Shown here one piece after another: positions 30,280 to 39,647 of a stretch of DNA of 64,000 nt; the first letter of the stretch is position 1, and every line of letters begins with the position of its first letter. Source of the stretch: Candidatus Aenigmatarchaeota archaeon (lineage in GTDB: Archaea; Aenigmatarchaeota; Aenigmatarchaeia; CG10238-14; SCSR01); NCBI GenBank assembly GCA_016187415.1, contig JACPJT010000007.1, positions 68,821 through 132,820 on the forward strand, given 5' to 3'. A program made the translations under genes and the position numbers. Under the pieces are notes generated by a model. It ran no database searches and was not told the DNA's origin. It was given only the letters and a program-made list of their open reading frames with translations.

Positions 30280-30756
30280 TCAGGTTCTTTTCAGTTCAAT
30301 GCTTCTTCTCAAGTGCTTGATATCGTCGTCCATTTTATCTATTTGTTTATGATAAGACGCGGATTCATGCGTTTTGCCGGTGCGGTCGGCCTTTTCAAGT
30401 TTTTCCAGTAGTTTCGCCCTTTTCTTTTCCAGGTCTTCCAGTTTCGCCCACTCGTCTCTCCAATCGCGCCCCTTTCTGATGCTGAACATAATGATACCTA
30501 TGACGAACAGCATGGAGAACGCCGCTATGACTGTTGTAGCACCAAAATACACAGCCAACTCAGACAGCCAGATGAAAATAGGGTTGTTTGCGATAAGCAC
30601 AGCCAGTGCCAGAGAGATAATTATGTTGATGTTGTTGCTGAATATCTTGATTAGCCTTAGCGAGCCGTAAAGCAGGAGGAAAACAAAAAGGAACGGTACG
30701 ACTAGTTTGTAAAGAACATCAGGGAACGGAAGCTGTATCAATTCTTCTAACGGCAT
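30280..30756 (-). CDS. Pilus-locus membrane protein, paralog 4 (coiled-coil tail)
   Basis: VVPFLFVFLLLYGSLRLIKIFSNNINIIISL. Confidence 0.7.
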   Translation of the reverse strand: MPLEELIQLPFPDVLYKLVVPFLFVFLLLYGSLRLIKIFSNNINIIISLALAVLIANNPIFIWLSELAVYFGATTVIAAFSMLFVIGIIMFSIRKGRDWRDEWAKLEDLEKKRAKLLEKLEKADRTGKTHESASYHKQIDKMDDDIKHLRRSIELKRT

Positions 30757-30833
30757 CAAAATAAGATTGTGATTTTATGGTTAAGTATTTTGGTCCGGTC
30801 GGAAGATTTAAACATTCGCGACAAATAATTGTT

Positions 30834-31571
30834 ATGGAAAAAGGTCAGGCATGGCTTCCGTGGATTATTTTCGGCGTTCCATTCGCTATATTCCTGTTTT
30901 TATTGGTATCGGGATTTGCGGCAAACCAGCCATACGAAATATCAAGTGCCCTTAGGCAAGGCGGTCAACTGCCCGAACCGCTTCAGCAACTTCTTACAGG
31001 GTTAAATGTGCCGCTGGAATGGCAGTACATACCCGCAATATTCTATCTTTTTGCGGTGCCATTTTTCTCGATAATGATAATAACATACGGATTTTTATCG
31101 CAACTCAACATATTTCAGTTTAACAATTTTATCAATTGGATACTCGCCTTCTTCATGACATTCTTGACATTGCCATTCAATCTTTTTGTCAGGATAGTTT
31201 ATGCGATGCTGGCTGCAATGGGCATGTACGGCGTATTCGCGTTCGGAGCACTTTTTGTTTTGGGTGTAGGATGGATTTTCTTACGGCAGTTGGGTCCAGA
31301 TAGATGGGGATATACCAATGCCGGTACTTATCAAGGTCTGAGATTGGAGGACAGATACAACAGAATGAGAACATGGCTCATTCATGCAAGAACGCAAAAT
31401 CATGCTCATGCAAATGTAGGCGAAATTACAACAGCATTAACAGAAGCTGATAATAATTGGGCAGGAAACCATCGTGAAGCAGCTGTCCACAGACTTAGTG
31501 CTGCCGTGGGTTTTGTTACAAATCCAGCACATGGATTTAATACAGTAGGATTAGGTCCAGCCCCGCGCTGA
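30834..31571 (+). CDS. Pilus-locus membrane protein, paralog 5
   Basis: MEKG|Q-like N-terminus; AVPFFSIMIITYGFLSQLNIF...INWILA. Confidence 0.7.
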   Translation: MEKGQAWLPWIIFGVPFAIFLFLLVSGFAANQPYEISSALRQGGQLPEPLQQLLTGLNVPLEWQYIPAIFYLFAVPFFSIMIITYGFLSQLNIFQFNNFINWILAFFMTFLTLPFNLFVRIVYAMLAAMGMYGVFAFGALFVLGVGWIFLRQLGPDRWGYTNAGTYQGLRLEDRYNRMRTWLIHARTQNHAHANVGEITTALTEADNNWAGNHREAAVHRLSAAVGFVTNPAHGFNTVGLGPAPR

Positions 31572-31626
31572 TCGCGAAAATATTGAAATTTAAATAGATT
31601 AAAAATAATATGGATATGAGAGTAAT

Positions 31627-32319
31627 ATGGTAAACTGGGTTACATTCCTTGTCCTTTTCATTCCCATCGCGATTTTTACATTGATGGGTCTCCTAGGTTC
31701 TGTGGCAACTTATACAGTGCCAGATACAATGAGATCTGGAGAATTTTCGAATTTTTTAACATCTATCGGGATTCCGAGTGATTGGAACTATCTACCGGCT
31801 ATAATCTATTTGGGTGCCGTGCCATTTTTAGGCATATATCTGATAGTCGCGGCATTTATGCAAGAAATCCAAATTTTCAGAAACATAACATGGATCAACT
31901 GGATACTTCCGGCAATAATCGCAATTTCAACCATACCACTTGGGGTTTTCGTGCAGGCTGTGTATGTCATGTTTGCGACACTCGGGTCGTATAGTGTCGG
32001 CGCATTCGGAGTGCTTTACGTGTTGGGTGTCGGTTTTATTGTTTTGAATCGTGCACATGTATGGGGAACAGGTGCCCCAGGTTACCGTGGTATGAAATTG
32101 GAAAATGCCTACAATTATTATAAAAAGTGGCTTATCGATGTAAATGGGAATAATACAGGCAAGGCTTCTTTGAATATACCCGATGCATTAGCAGACGCCG
32201 ATAAAAAAATTCGTGCCGATAGCCTTGATAAGGCAGTAGAAATACTCGAAAAGAAGGCAATGGAGATCGACAATAAGAAAAATATTAACAAACAAAAACT
32301 CGAGCCACCTAGTTATTAG
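31627..32319 (+). CDS. Pilus-locus membrane protein, paralog 6
   Basis: WNYLPAIIYLGAVPF...IQIF...INWILP; tandem duplicate of 30834. Confidence 0.7.
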   Translation: MVNWVTFLVLFIPIAIFTLMGLLGSVATYTVPDTMRSGEFSNFLTSIGIPSDWNYLPAIIYLGAVPFLGIYLIVAAFMQEIQIFRNITWINWILPAIIAISTIPLGVFVQAVYVMFATLGSYSVGAFGVLYVLGVGFIVLNRAHVWGTGAPGYRGMKLENAYNYYKKWLIDVNGNNTGKASLNIPDALADADKKIRADSLDKAVEILEKKAMEIDNKKNINKQKLEPPSY

Positions 32320-32365
32320 TTGTATAATAGAAATTTGTTATTAATTCACAGATTAAATACTTATT

Positions 32366-32734
32366 ATGGATTTGTACGCAACAATAATCTCTGCAGTTAG
32401 CCAGGCATTGGGCATATCTGCAGAACTGCTAAAGTGGCCCAATGTAACCTATACATTGGTTCTGCCGTTTTTCCTATTTTCTTACGCCATATATCTCATT
32501 TTACAAGAAATGAAAATATTCTCGTCTTCGGGCTTTAATTTAGCACTGGGGTTTGTGATATCCTTTTCTTCCTTGATTATGATAACTTTCTTAAACTCAT
32601 TCTACGTTCCGTTTTCCCTCATTCTGATATCCACATTCAAAGTCCGTGGGACATGGGGCATTTTAATCGGCGCTGCACTAGCTTTTATCTATTTCGTTTT
32701 TGTCTACCCGTTTTTAGTCCACAACTTCCCATGA
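32366..32734 (+). CDS. Pilus-locus membrane protein, paralog 7
   Basis: VLPFFLFSYAIYLILQEMKIFSSSGFNLAL. Confidence 0.65.
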   Translation: MDLYATIISAVSQALGISAELLKWPNVTYTLVLPFFLFSYAIYLILQEMKIFSSSGFNLALGFVISFSSLIMITFLNSFYVPFSLILISTFKVRGTWGILIGAALAFIYFVFVYPFLVHNFP

Positions 32735-32774
32735 AACAGCACTAGCTTTTCTATTTCTTTACCAACAATAGATT

Positions 32775-33425
32775 ATGGGGTTCGAGGAAAGAAAGCGAAT
32801 GATTCTTAATCTGCAGTCATCGGGATACATAAAATCGCCCGCGGTTAAGAGAGCAATGTTAAAAGTGCTACGCGAGTTATTCGTACCTGAAGAATATCAT
32901 GGTCAAGCGTATGATGATACGCCGTTGCCCATTCCAGGCGGTCAAACAATAAGTGCGCCACATATGCATGCGATAACTTTGTCCGAGCTGAAATTGAAGC
33001 ATGGTGACAAAGTAATGGAAATAGGCGCAGGATCAGGCATACTTTTGGCGTATATCCGCGAAATGGTCGGAAACAAAGGAAAGGTAGTCGGGATAGAAAT
33101 CAATAAGGACGCATACAAATTCGGGAAAAGGAATCTGGACGAAGCTGGTTACAAAGACATTGTTTTAATTCGTGGAAATGGTTCGTTCGGATGTCAACAA
33201 TATGCGCCTTATGATAAAATCATCGTCAGCGCAGCGTCTCCTGACATACCCAAGCCACTGGTTGAACAGCTCAAGACGAACGGCATTATTCTGATCGTAG
33301 TAGGTTCTCCCGAAGGCGAACAGAATCTGATTAAGGTCAGGAAAATGACATCGGGAAAATTAATCAAAAAGGAAATCTTACCGGTAATATTCGTTCCGCT
33401 GAGGGGTAAACACGGCTGGAAATAA
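32775..33425 (+). CDS. pcm: Protein-L-isoaspartate O-methyltransferase
   Basis: AYDDTPLPI, GQTISAPHM, EIGAGSG, APYDKI, FVPL. Confidence 0.95.
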   Translation: MGFEERKRMILNLQSSGYIKSPAVKRAMLKVLRELFVPEEYHGQAYDDTPLPIPGGQTISAPHMHAITLSELKLKHGDKVMEIGAGSGILLAYIREMVGNKGKVVGIEINKDAYKFGKRNLDEAGYKDIVLIRGNGSFGCQQYAPYDKIIVSAASPDIPKPLVEQLKTNGIILIVVGSPEGEQNLIKVRKMTSGKLIKKEILPVIFVPLRGKHGWK

Positions 33426-33452
33426 ATATAGATAGAATGCTATAATATCATT

Positions 33453-33794
33453 ATGGGGATTTGCCTTCCATTGTTTTCATTTTTAGCCAGCGTATACGTT
33501 AATGTACTGAAAGTGATGGTCCAGCTGTTTGCGGGTGGCGGAGGCACAGAAGCAATTTTAATTGCGTTCATTGGTTTTGCCGGTGTTATTTATGTATTCA
33601 CCAAATTCTTTGGTAAAATAGGACCGATGATATTAATCGGTGTCGGTGTTCTCGGCAGTCTAGTTACAGGTGGCGTGCTTTCTGTTCTTATTGTTATAGG
33701 TTTCATAGGATTGTTTGTCGGGCAGGCAACAAGCATCTTGCTGATGTCTCATGCGGCAGCCTTCGCACTTTCTGTAGCATGTTACGGAGTTTAA
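33453..33794 (+). CDS. Hypothetical Gly-rich membrane protein
   Basis: Almost entirely hydrophobic. Confidence 0.6.
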   Translation: MGICLPLFSFLASVYVNVLKVMVQLFAGGGGTEAILIAFIGFAGVIYVFTKFFGKIGPMILIGVGVLGSLVTGGVLSVLIVIGFIGLFVGQATSILLMSHAAAFALSVACYGV

Positions 33795-33795
33795 A

Positions 33796-33909
33796 TGGGG
33801 TCTAAGGGATTTGAACCCTTATCATTCGGTGTCTTCTTTCATCTGTTGTCAATTCTCCATGACAAAAAGTCTGGAGCCGAACGTTCTGACCAGGTTAAAC
33901 CAAGACCCC
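33796..33909 (-). tRNA. tRNA-Trp(CCA) with 40-nt canonical intron (33831-33870)
   Basis: GGGGTCT/AGACCCC acceptor, TTCGG/CCGAA stem, CT-CCA-G|intron|A. Confidence 0.9.
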
Positions 33910-33933
33910 CTATTGTTAAAAATAAAAGTCAAT

Positions 33934-34542
33934 TTACTTAAGCTTAAAGAAAATTACAGCAACTATAAGACTGGGTATCATCACCGACAATAAATAAACC
34001 ATGCCCAATTCCAAGAAAAATCCATCTGGGTAAAGAGTTTTCAGAAAACTGTCTGATGGAAAACTGAAATTGTTTACAAAAGAGATTTTATGGAATAAAA
34101 GAAAGGCTGTCTGAAAATCCAAATAAGCAAATACTGCAATTAGTAATATTACTGAAAAAACAACAGCAGATGCAATTTTCGTCGATTTTATGATGAAATC
34201 TTTTCTGTCTGTTAGAAAGTAAGCGCTGAACATCAACATCGCCAAAGAAATACCGGCTATCGCATTGGAGTTATTTACAATATATCCGACGTCATTCATG
34301 TGGCTTGATTCATTTGCATTCAGAAATTCTAAATTCGAACCAGTCTTAAAAAATTCTATTATTCGATTATTGTAATTTTCCAAATCAGCAGGATTCATAT
34401 GGACATTACTATTTTTTTGCAAAACCAGCCACATACCATAACTAGACGATAAAATAGGAACACTCCACAAAACAAACGACAGGGATAATGATATAATAAA
34501 GACAGCTTTTAATAAAAAATCAAGATGCGAGGTTTCTCTCAT
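33934..34542 (-). CDS. DUF1461/TIGR01906-like integral membrane protein
   Basis: ESSHMNDV, FLLFHKISF.NN, LKTLYPDGFF. Confidence 0.75.
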   Translation of the reverse strand: MRETSHLDFLLKAVFIISLSLSFVLWSVPILSSSYGMWLVLQKNSNVHMNPADLENYNNRIIEFFKTGSNLEFLNANESSHMNDVGYIVNNSNAIAGISLAMLMFSAYFLTDRKDFIIKSTKIASAVVFSVILLIAVFAYLDFQTAFLLFHKISFVNNFSFPSDSFLKTLYPDGFFLELGMVYLLSVMIPSLIVAVIFFKLK

Positions 34543-34551
34543 AAATATGAA

Positions 34552-34637
34552 AGCCACAGGTGGGAATTGAACCCACGACCTTCCGCTTGCCTGTGATGAC
34601 TACAGGGCGGGTGCTCTACCGTCTGAGCTACTGTGGC
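34552..34637 (-). tRNA. tRNA-Thr(TGT) with 13-nt canonical intron (34588-34600)
   Basis: GCCACAG/CTGTGGC-T acceptor; BHB CCTG/CAGG with bulges TAG and CAA; C at position 33. Confidence 0.8.
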
Positions 34638-34667
34638 ATAAAAATACTTTTACATCAAGCTTTAAAT

Positions 34668-35753
34668 CTAATCAAGAAATTCCTTATTCTTAATCTTATC
34701 GGGTATGTAATGGTCGGAAATGAATGTTATTCCCTTCGAAGCCAGCGCGGCCAGCTCAACTTTGCCGTTCAGTTCTTTCCACAACTTGAACTGTTTCTGC
34801 CATTCCTTATTGTCTTTGAACCAGTCATAGTTTTTCACCTGTTCCAATCTCTTGATGTCAACTTCTTCAAACTTGATTATATGTTTCTTCAAATCATACT
34901 TTACGACATCCTCTGCGGTGAGGCCAAGCATTCTGGCACCCGGTATGGCAAGTTCCTGCGAGATATGCGCCAAACTGATTGAACCGTATTTTATAACGGA
35001 GTAGATATATGCTCCCCACGGATCCCCGTCGACTAAAATGTATACAGGCAGCTTGTATTCCAGATGCAGCCTCTGCAATAATCTTCTGATGCCTCTAGTG
35101 GCCTGTCCTTGACTTGAAATAATTATACAATTTAATTTTTCCCATACTCGGTCTTCATGCAATCTTTCCCATTCTGCCGCCTTTTCCAGATAAATTATGA
35201 ATTTCGCATCGACTTTCTTGAAGACTATATCCTCTACATTGCTCGGTATCGACCATCCCCCAGAACCCAGCTTGCTCCAGTCTATCACATCGCCTTTGTC
35301 CTCTATCACAACCTTTCCAGCGATGGATCCCAGCTTGTTTGCGTTTACATGCAGCAACTCTCTTGATGCGCCTGTGATTAATTCAAGATCTTCTATCGCT
35401 TCGTTCGATTCTTCCTGCTCATCAACAAGATTTATGTTCGAATCCGGCAGAGTCCTTTTCATTCTGTAGAAGGCTTCTCTCAGGCTCAGATGTTTGTTCA
35501 TCTCATTCAATTCTTTTGCAAGCGCGGCAGCTTCAACGGTCTGAACGAATTTTCTGACATGACCGACATTAAAGAAATATCTTTTCGCCATTCCAGATCC
35601 CATCGTTATCATTTTCCGTGTCGGATCGTATTTCACATTCGACAGAGTCCTGATGGGCACGTCTAAAGAGGGATTCTCTCCCTTTTCAATATCGCCCGTT
35701 ACCTTACTTCCCAGTCGTTTCAGATTCTTTATCGTTTCCTGTTTCTTCTCCAT
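34668..35753 (-). CDS. top6A: DNA topoisomerase VI subunit A
   Basis: LREAFY, EQEES, IEDLE, GSGGWSIP, DGDPWG. Confidence 0.95.
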   Translation of the reverse strand: MEKKQETIKNLKRLGSKVTGDIEKGENPSLDVPIRTLSNVKYDPTRKMITMGSGMAKRYFFNVGHVRKFVQTVEAAALAKELNEMNKHLSLREAFYRMKRTLPDSNINLVDEQEESNEAIEDLELITGASRELLHVNANKLGSIAGKVVIEDKGDVIDWSKLGSGGWSIPSNVEDIVFKKVDAKFIIYLEKAAEWERLHEDRVWEKLNCIIISSQGQATRGIRRLLQRLHLEYKLPVYILVDGDPWGAYIYSVIKYGSISLAHISQELAIPGARMLGLTAEDVVKYDLKKHIIKFEEVDIKRLEQVKNYDWFKDNKEWQKQFKLWKELNGKVELAALASKGITFISDHYIPDKIKNKEFLD

Positions 35754-37299
35754 CTGTTTTCACTCCATTCCTTTTAACAATTTTTTCCAAGCCGGCAATT
35801 AACTTTTCCTTTTTGTCGTTGGTCAGTTTCTCCAGCGATTCGGCGAGTTCGGGTATGTACTTTTCAAACAATTCCCTTCTCATCTGGCCTTCTTTCATCT
35901 TGTGTTTTCTTCTTACATAAATCGCCAACTGCCTCCCGGCTTCCTGCAAAGCAAGCTTCATCTCTTTTATAATTTCTTCATAATTGGCTATGGCCTGTTT
36001 CCCTTCTGATGTGTAAGGCACCCAAACCGAGGCGAAGTGTATTAATATGGCGAGCTGCCCCTGCGGCAACTGGCCGGATGATTGCGAGAACGCGTATCTT
36101 CTCCAGTCTGTATCGATTACTGACTCGGTTGTAGCGCAGTCGCTGGCATGATACAACAACGGCATCTTGTTCGCAAATCTGAATAATTGTGCACCCCCTT
36201 CCTGTGGCAGCTCACCGCCGAACGCAAGCGCGCATTCTATTTCAAACGGGTTTCCCCTGTATACGCTCGGAGGTCTTGTCACAGCGACGACAAACTCGGC
36301 TTTCGTCTCCTTTCTCAATCCCTCTTCAAGCAACTTTTCGCCGAGCGGCGACAAACAATCCGTGGGAGGTCCTATCAACTTTACCATCTGCATCGCTTTG
36401 TGAAGTTCAACGGTTTCATCGTGCGTGATATCAACGGGTTTTTTATTCCCATCAAGTTTGGCGAGTTTCAAAATTTCCAAGGCCGAGTTTCTTCCGACTC
36501 TTGAAAAATCCGATGTGAGGAAACCCGTCAGGTTCCTGGAATTTGTGCCCGCAAGCATCCTTCTCAATAACCCGACTTCAACTCCATATGGATGGGGTTT
36601 TATTTCCCTAGGCAAAGGCGGCAATTCTTTCGCGCCTCTTTCAAATTCAATCTTTCCGGCTGGTCCGTCATAAATAATTTTCGCGTATGGGTTGCACATC
36701 GCAGTCTGCCTCAGGTATTCCATTACCGATTGTTTGCCTTCGATGTATCTGCCTTCAGTTTCGACTTCAATCTTGATTCCGTGCCATTTGTTCGGGTTTT
36801 TTTCCTGTTTGTGCGAAATTATTTTCGGCTCATTCTTATTGACGTCTATCATAAGTTCTATCTCGTGAATATCCTTGCCAATACTGGATGTTACCTTTGC
36901 AGGCTTGCCGGTTGTAAGTTGTGAATAAAGTATTGAACCTGAAGCGCCCAATCCCTGTGTACCACGGCTCATTTTTAACCTATGGAACTTGGAGCCGTAC
37001 AACAGTTTGCCAAATGCAAGCGACAACTTCTCCTCGACTATCCCGGGTCCGTTGTCTTCAACCCTGACCTTAAACCTGTCGGGCGCAACCTCCCTGACAA
37101 CAACCTTGACATCAGGCAGTATCCTTGCTTCCTCGCAAGCGTCCAGAGAATTATCGACGAACTCTTTAACGATTGTTATGAGAGCCTTTGTCGGGTTTTC
37201 ATATCCCAGCAGGTGCCTGTTTTTTTCAAAAAATTCGGCAACGCTTACGGCCCTCAATTGCTGGGCTAACTCTTCTGCAGTAATAATCCTTTCAGCCAC
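35704..37299 (-). CDS. top6B: DNA topoisomerase VI subunit B
   Basis: SVAEFFEKN, EFVDNSLDACEE, DNGPG, SRGTQGLG. Confidence 0.96.
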   Translation of the reverse strand: MAERIITAEELAQQLRAVSVAEFFEKNRHLLGYENPTKALITIVKEFVDNSLDACEEARILPDVKVVVREVAPDRFKVRVEDNGPGIVEEKLSLAFGKLLYGSKFHRLKMSRGTQGLGASGSILYSQLTTGKPAKVTSSIGKDIHEIELMIDVNKNEPKIISHKQEKNPNKWHGIKIEVETEGRYIEGKQSVMEYLRQTAMCNPYAKIIYDGPAGKIEFERGAKELPPLPREIKPHPYGVEVGLLRRMLAGTNSRNLTGFLTSDFSRVGRNSALEILKLAKLDGNKKPVDITHDETVELHKAMQMVKLIGPPTDCLSPLGEKLLEEGLRKETKAEFVVAVTRPPSVYRGNPFEIECALAFGGELPQEGGAQLFRFANKMPLLYHASDCATTESVIDTDWRRYAFSQSSGQLPQGQLAILIHFASVWVPYTSEGKQAIANYEEIIKEMKLALQEAGRQLAIYVRRKHKMKEGQMRRELFEKYIPELAESLEKLTNDKKEKLIAGLEKIVKRNGVKTDGEETGNDKESETTGK

Positions 37300-37794
37300 T
37301 TACACCACTTTGTTCTCTTTTAGAAATCTGTAAACACTATTGTGCTTGCTACCAAATAAAATCATTTCGACCGCGCCCCTCGCGATTTTAATGTTTTCCG
37401 GTTTTCCTATTATAGAAACAGTCTTGCCGTAGATTGCAATCTTAACCATGGACAATTTCTCTATCATTTTCTTTGTGACGCCGCCTTCGCCAATAACTCT
37501 TCCTATCAGTATACTCTGCCTTTTTTTAGATTTCCCGGCAAACTGGGATATATCAATGATGTCCAAAAAATAATCTTCATCAAGCAGGTCCAAAGTTTCT
37601 TCGAATAAAAACCCCCTACCAAAAGCTTTCAATATTTCTTTCACCCGAAGCACTTGGAACAAATCTCCGGTTATTTCTACATCTTCCTTGATATCCACAC
37701 CCACATCCAGGAATTCCTTAAGGCGTTCTTTCCACACATTCGACTTTCTCAGAATGGCCAGTCTTTCCTTTGGTATCGATAAATGTTCCATCAT
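37300..37794 (-). CDS. KH-domain rRNA-processing protein (Dim2/Pno1)
   Basis: AFGRGF, GRVIGEGG, IYGKTVSIIG, VYRFL. Confidence 0.9.
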   Translation of the reverse strand: MMEHLSIPKERLAILRKSNVWKERLKEFLDVGVDIKEDVEITGDLFQVLRVKEILKAFGRGFLFEETLDLLDEDYFLDIIDISQFAGKSKKRQSILIGRVIGEGGVTKKMIEKLSMVKIAIYGKTVSIIGKPENIKIARGAVEMILFGSKHNSVYRFLKENKVV

Positions 37795-37826
37795 ACACTC
37801 ACGCCTATTATTTACTTGGGAGCGAT

Positions 37827-38009
37827 TTAAAGGTGTGCTATATTTTGCAGAATATAGTCAACAATCAAAACCAGAACACCGAATACCAGCGAGTTGGCTA
37901 TCAAATATGGCAACGAACCCATGAAAGATACGAGAATTCCGCCAATGATGTAAAACAGGAAGCTGGCTATGACACCGTCTAAGAACGCCCTCAACAAGCT
38001 TTTAAACAT
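37827..38009 (-). CDS. Small two-TM protein
   Basis: Hydrophobic ORF filling the gap, same strand as neighbours. Confidence 0.55.
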   Translation of the reverse strand: MFKSLLRAFLDGVIASFLFYIIGGILVSFMGSLPYLIANSLVFGVLVLIVDYILQNIAHL

Positions 38010-38055
38010 GTTCCATCTGAAGCTACTTGTGTTTCAGTCCTTAAAAATAACGCAT

Positions 38056-38364
38056 CTATTTTATGTAATTCTTTCTTCTAAGCCAGTTGGCTTGAGTTGA
38101 CGTATATCTGAAAACAATGTCCGCCCTTTCATTCGATTGCGCGCTCCACGGCTCCACCAAAACATAATCGCCGACTCTAATCCAGACTTTCTTTCTCAGC
38201 TTTCCCGGTATGCGGCAAATTCTTGTATTTCCATCATAGCACTTTACCCGCAGTTTGTCGCCGCCAAGCATCATTTCAACTACGCCCAAAATTTCTATTC
38301 CTCTGGGCATTCTGGTTCGGGATATTTCAATTTCTTCTTGAGTCAATTCAGGTTCTTTAGGCAT
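38056..38364 (-). CDS. eif1a: Translation initiation factor aIF-1A
   Basis: MLGG...C.DG..R.CRIPGKLRKKVWIRVGD; GAGGT SD before ATG 38364. Confidence 0.95.
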   Translation of the reverse strand: MPKEPELTQEEIEISRTRMPRGIEILGVVEMMLGGDKLRVKCYDGNTRICRIPGKLRKKVWIRVGDYVLVEPWSAQSNERADIVFRYTSTQANWLRRKNYIK

Positions 38365-38455
38365 GTTACCTCTCAAATAGCTGTGTTCCCAAAACTATAA
38401 ATCTTTCATGCGATCGGGTCGGTTTAAATAAAGATGCATATTCATATTTTCACGT

Positions 38456-39142
38456 ATGTCACGCTTTGCAATAATACCTGCCTACAATGAAGAGAAAAAT
38501 ATAGGACAGGTATTGAAAGAAGTGAAAAAACTCGGCGTAACACCCATTGTTGTGGACGACGGTTCAACCGACGATACGTTTGGCATATCCAAGAAGAACG
38601 GTGCTATTACAATAAGGCATGAGAGGAACAAAGGCAAAGGCGAGTCGATAAAATCCGGCATAGATTATCTCCTCAAACATCATCCCGATTTCACATGCGT
38701 CGTGTTGATGGATGCGGACATGCAATACCATCCGAAAGAAGCCATGGCCATCTTCAACGCTTTGGAAAAGAACAAATCCGATTTTGTGATGGGACATAGG
38801 AATTGGGAAGAAGTCCCTCTAAGGCACCAGCTTGGAAATTTCGTATGGAGAAATGCATTCAATATACTTTTTGGCACCAGTTTGAAAGACACCAACTGCG
38901 GCCTCATAGGAATCAGCAGGAATGCTATAGAAAAAATCAAGGGGTATATTATCGGCGGTTACGTGGTGGACAATTCAATTCTGATCGGGGTTATAAAAAA
39001 CAAACTTAAAATCGATCAGGTGCCGGTAAAAGTTGTCTATCATAGAAAAAGCGGAGTCACACGCGGTATAACGATAGTGGCTGGCGTGTTGATATATATT
39101 GTGAAGGAAGGATTGAAATACAGGTTAGGTCGGAAAAGATGA
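38456..39142 (+). CDS. GT2 glycosyltransferase (Dol-P-sugar synthase-like)
   Basis: IPAYNEE, VDDGSTD, NKGKG, MDADMQY, DTNCG. Confidence 0.92.
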   Translation: MSRFAIIPAYNEEKNIGQVLKEVKKLGVTPIVVDDGSTDDTFGISKKNGAITIRHERNKGKGESIKSGIDYLLKHHPDFTCVVLMDADMQYHPKEAMAIFNALEKNKSDFVMGHRNWEEVPLRHQLGNFVWRNAFNILFGTSLKDTNCGLIGISRNAIEKIKGYIIGGYVVDNSILIGVIKNKLKIDQVPVKVVYHRKSGVTRGITIVAGVLIYIVKEGLKYRLGRKR

Positions 39143-39549
39143 CATGGAAGGGTTGTATAATAGAAGAGAGTCTAACCGACAGCAGTCTACTATTTGGAAT
39201 AAAAGTTATAAGAACCGTGATTGAAGAGAACGCAGAAGGTAAAGAAACGATAGTTTGGAATATACATACGGTAGAAGTCTATAACAAAGAAATCGATAAA
39301 GTTGCCGAAAAACTAGAGAGAAACTTAAAACTCGGGTGGTACGCACATTTTACTGATGGACACGATTTACTCATAATTTTTGCAAATAAATCATTTACCA
39401 TTGGATTAGAAAAAGTCGGCGAAGAGAAAGAAACCGGAATTACCAATTTTAAAGCAAACTCTAAAGGTAAAGGAGTTTGGAAGTCGGCTTTTGAATATGG
39501 CACAGAAATAGCGAAAGTCGATCCTAAATACATGCTTAAAGTTGAATAA
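39139..39549 (+). CDS. Hypothetical protein
   Basis: Coupled ORF; GCIIEESL, GWYAHF. Confidence 0.65.
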   Translation: MTWKGCIIEESLTDSSLLFGIKVIRTVIEENAEGKETIVWNIHTVEVYNKEIDKVAEKLERNLKLGWYAHFTDGHDLLIIFANKSFTIGLEKVGEEKETGITNFKANSKGKGVWKSAFEYGTEIAKVDPKYMLKVE

Positions 39550-39647
39550 AATTATAGCCGATTTTTTACAGATCTTTAATGTGGGAAATTACCCCCTACC
39601 AAAGTCTGATTATTCCAAAGATTTATATAAAATAAAGGTTGATTAGA

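Noticed and set aside
34552-34637. tRNA-Tyr(GTA)
   Set aside because: Lacks the archaeal Tyr C1-G72 pair; BHB register and U73 fit Thr
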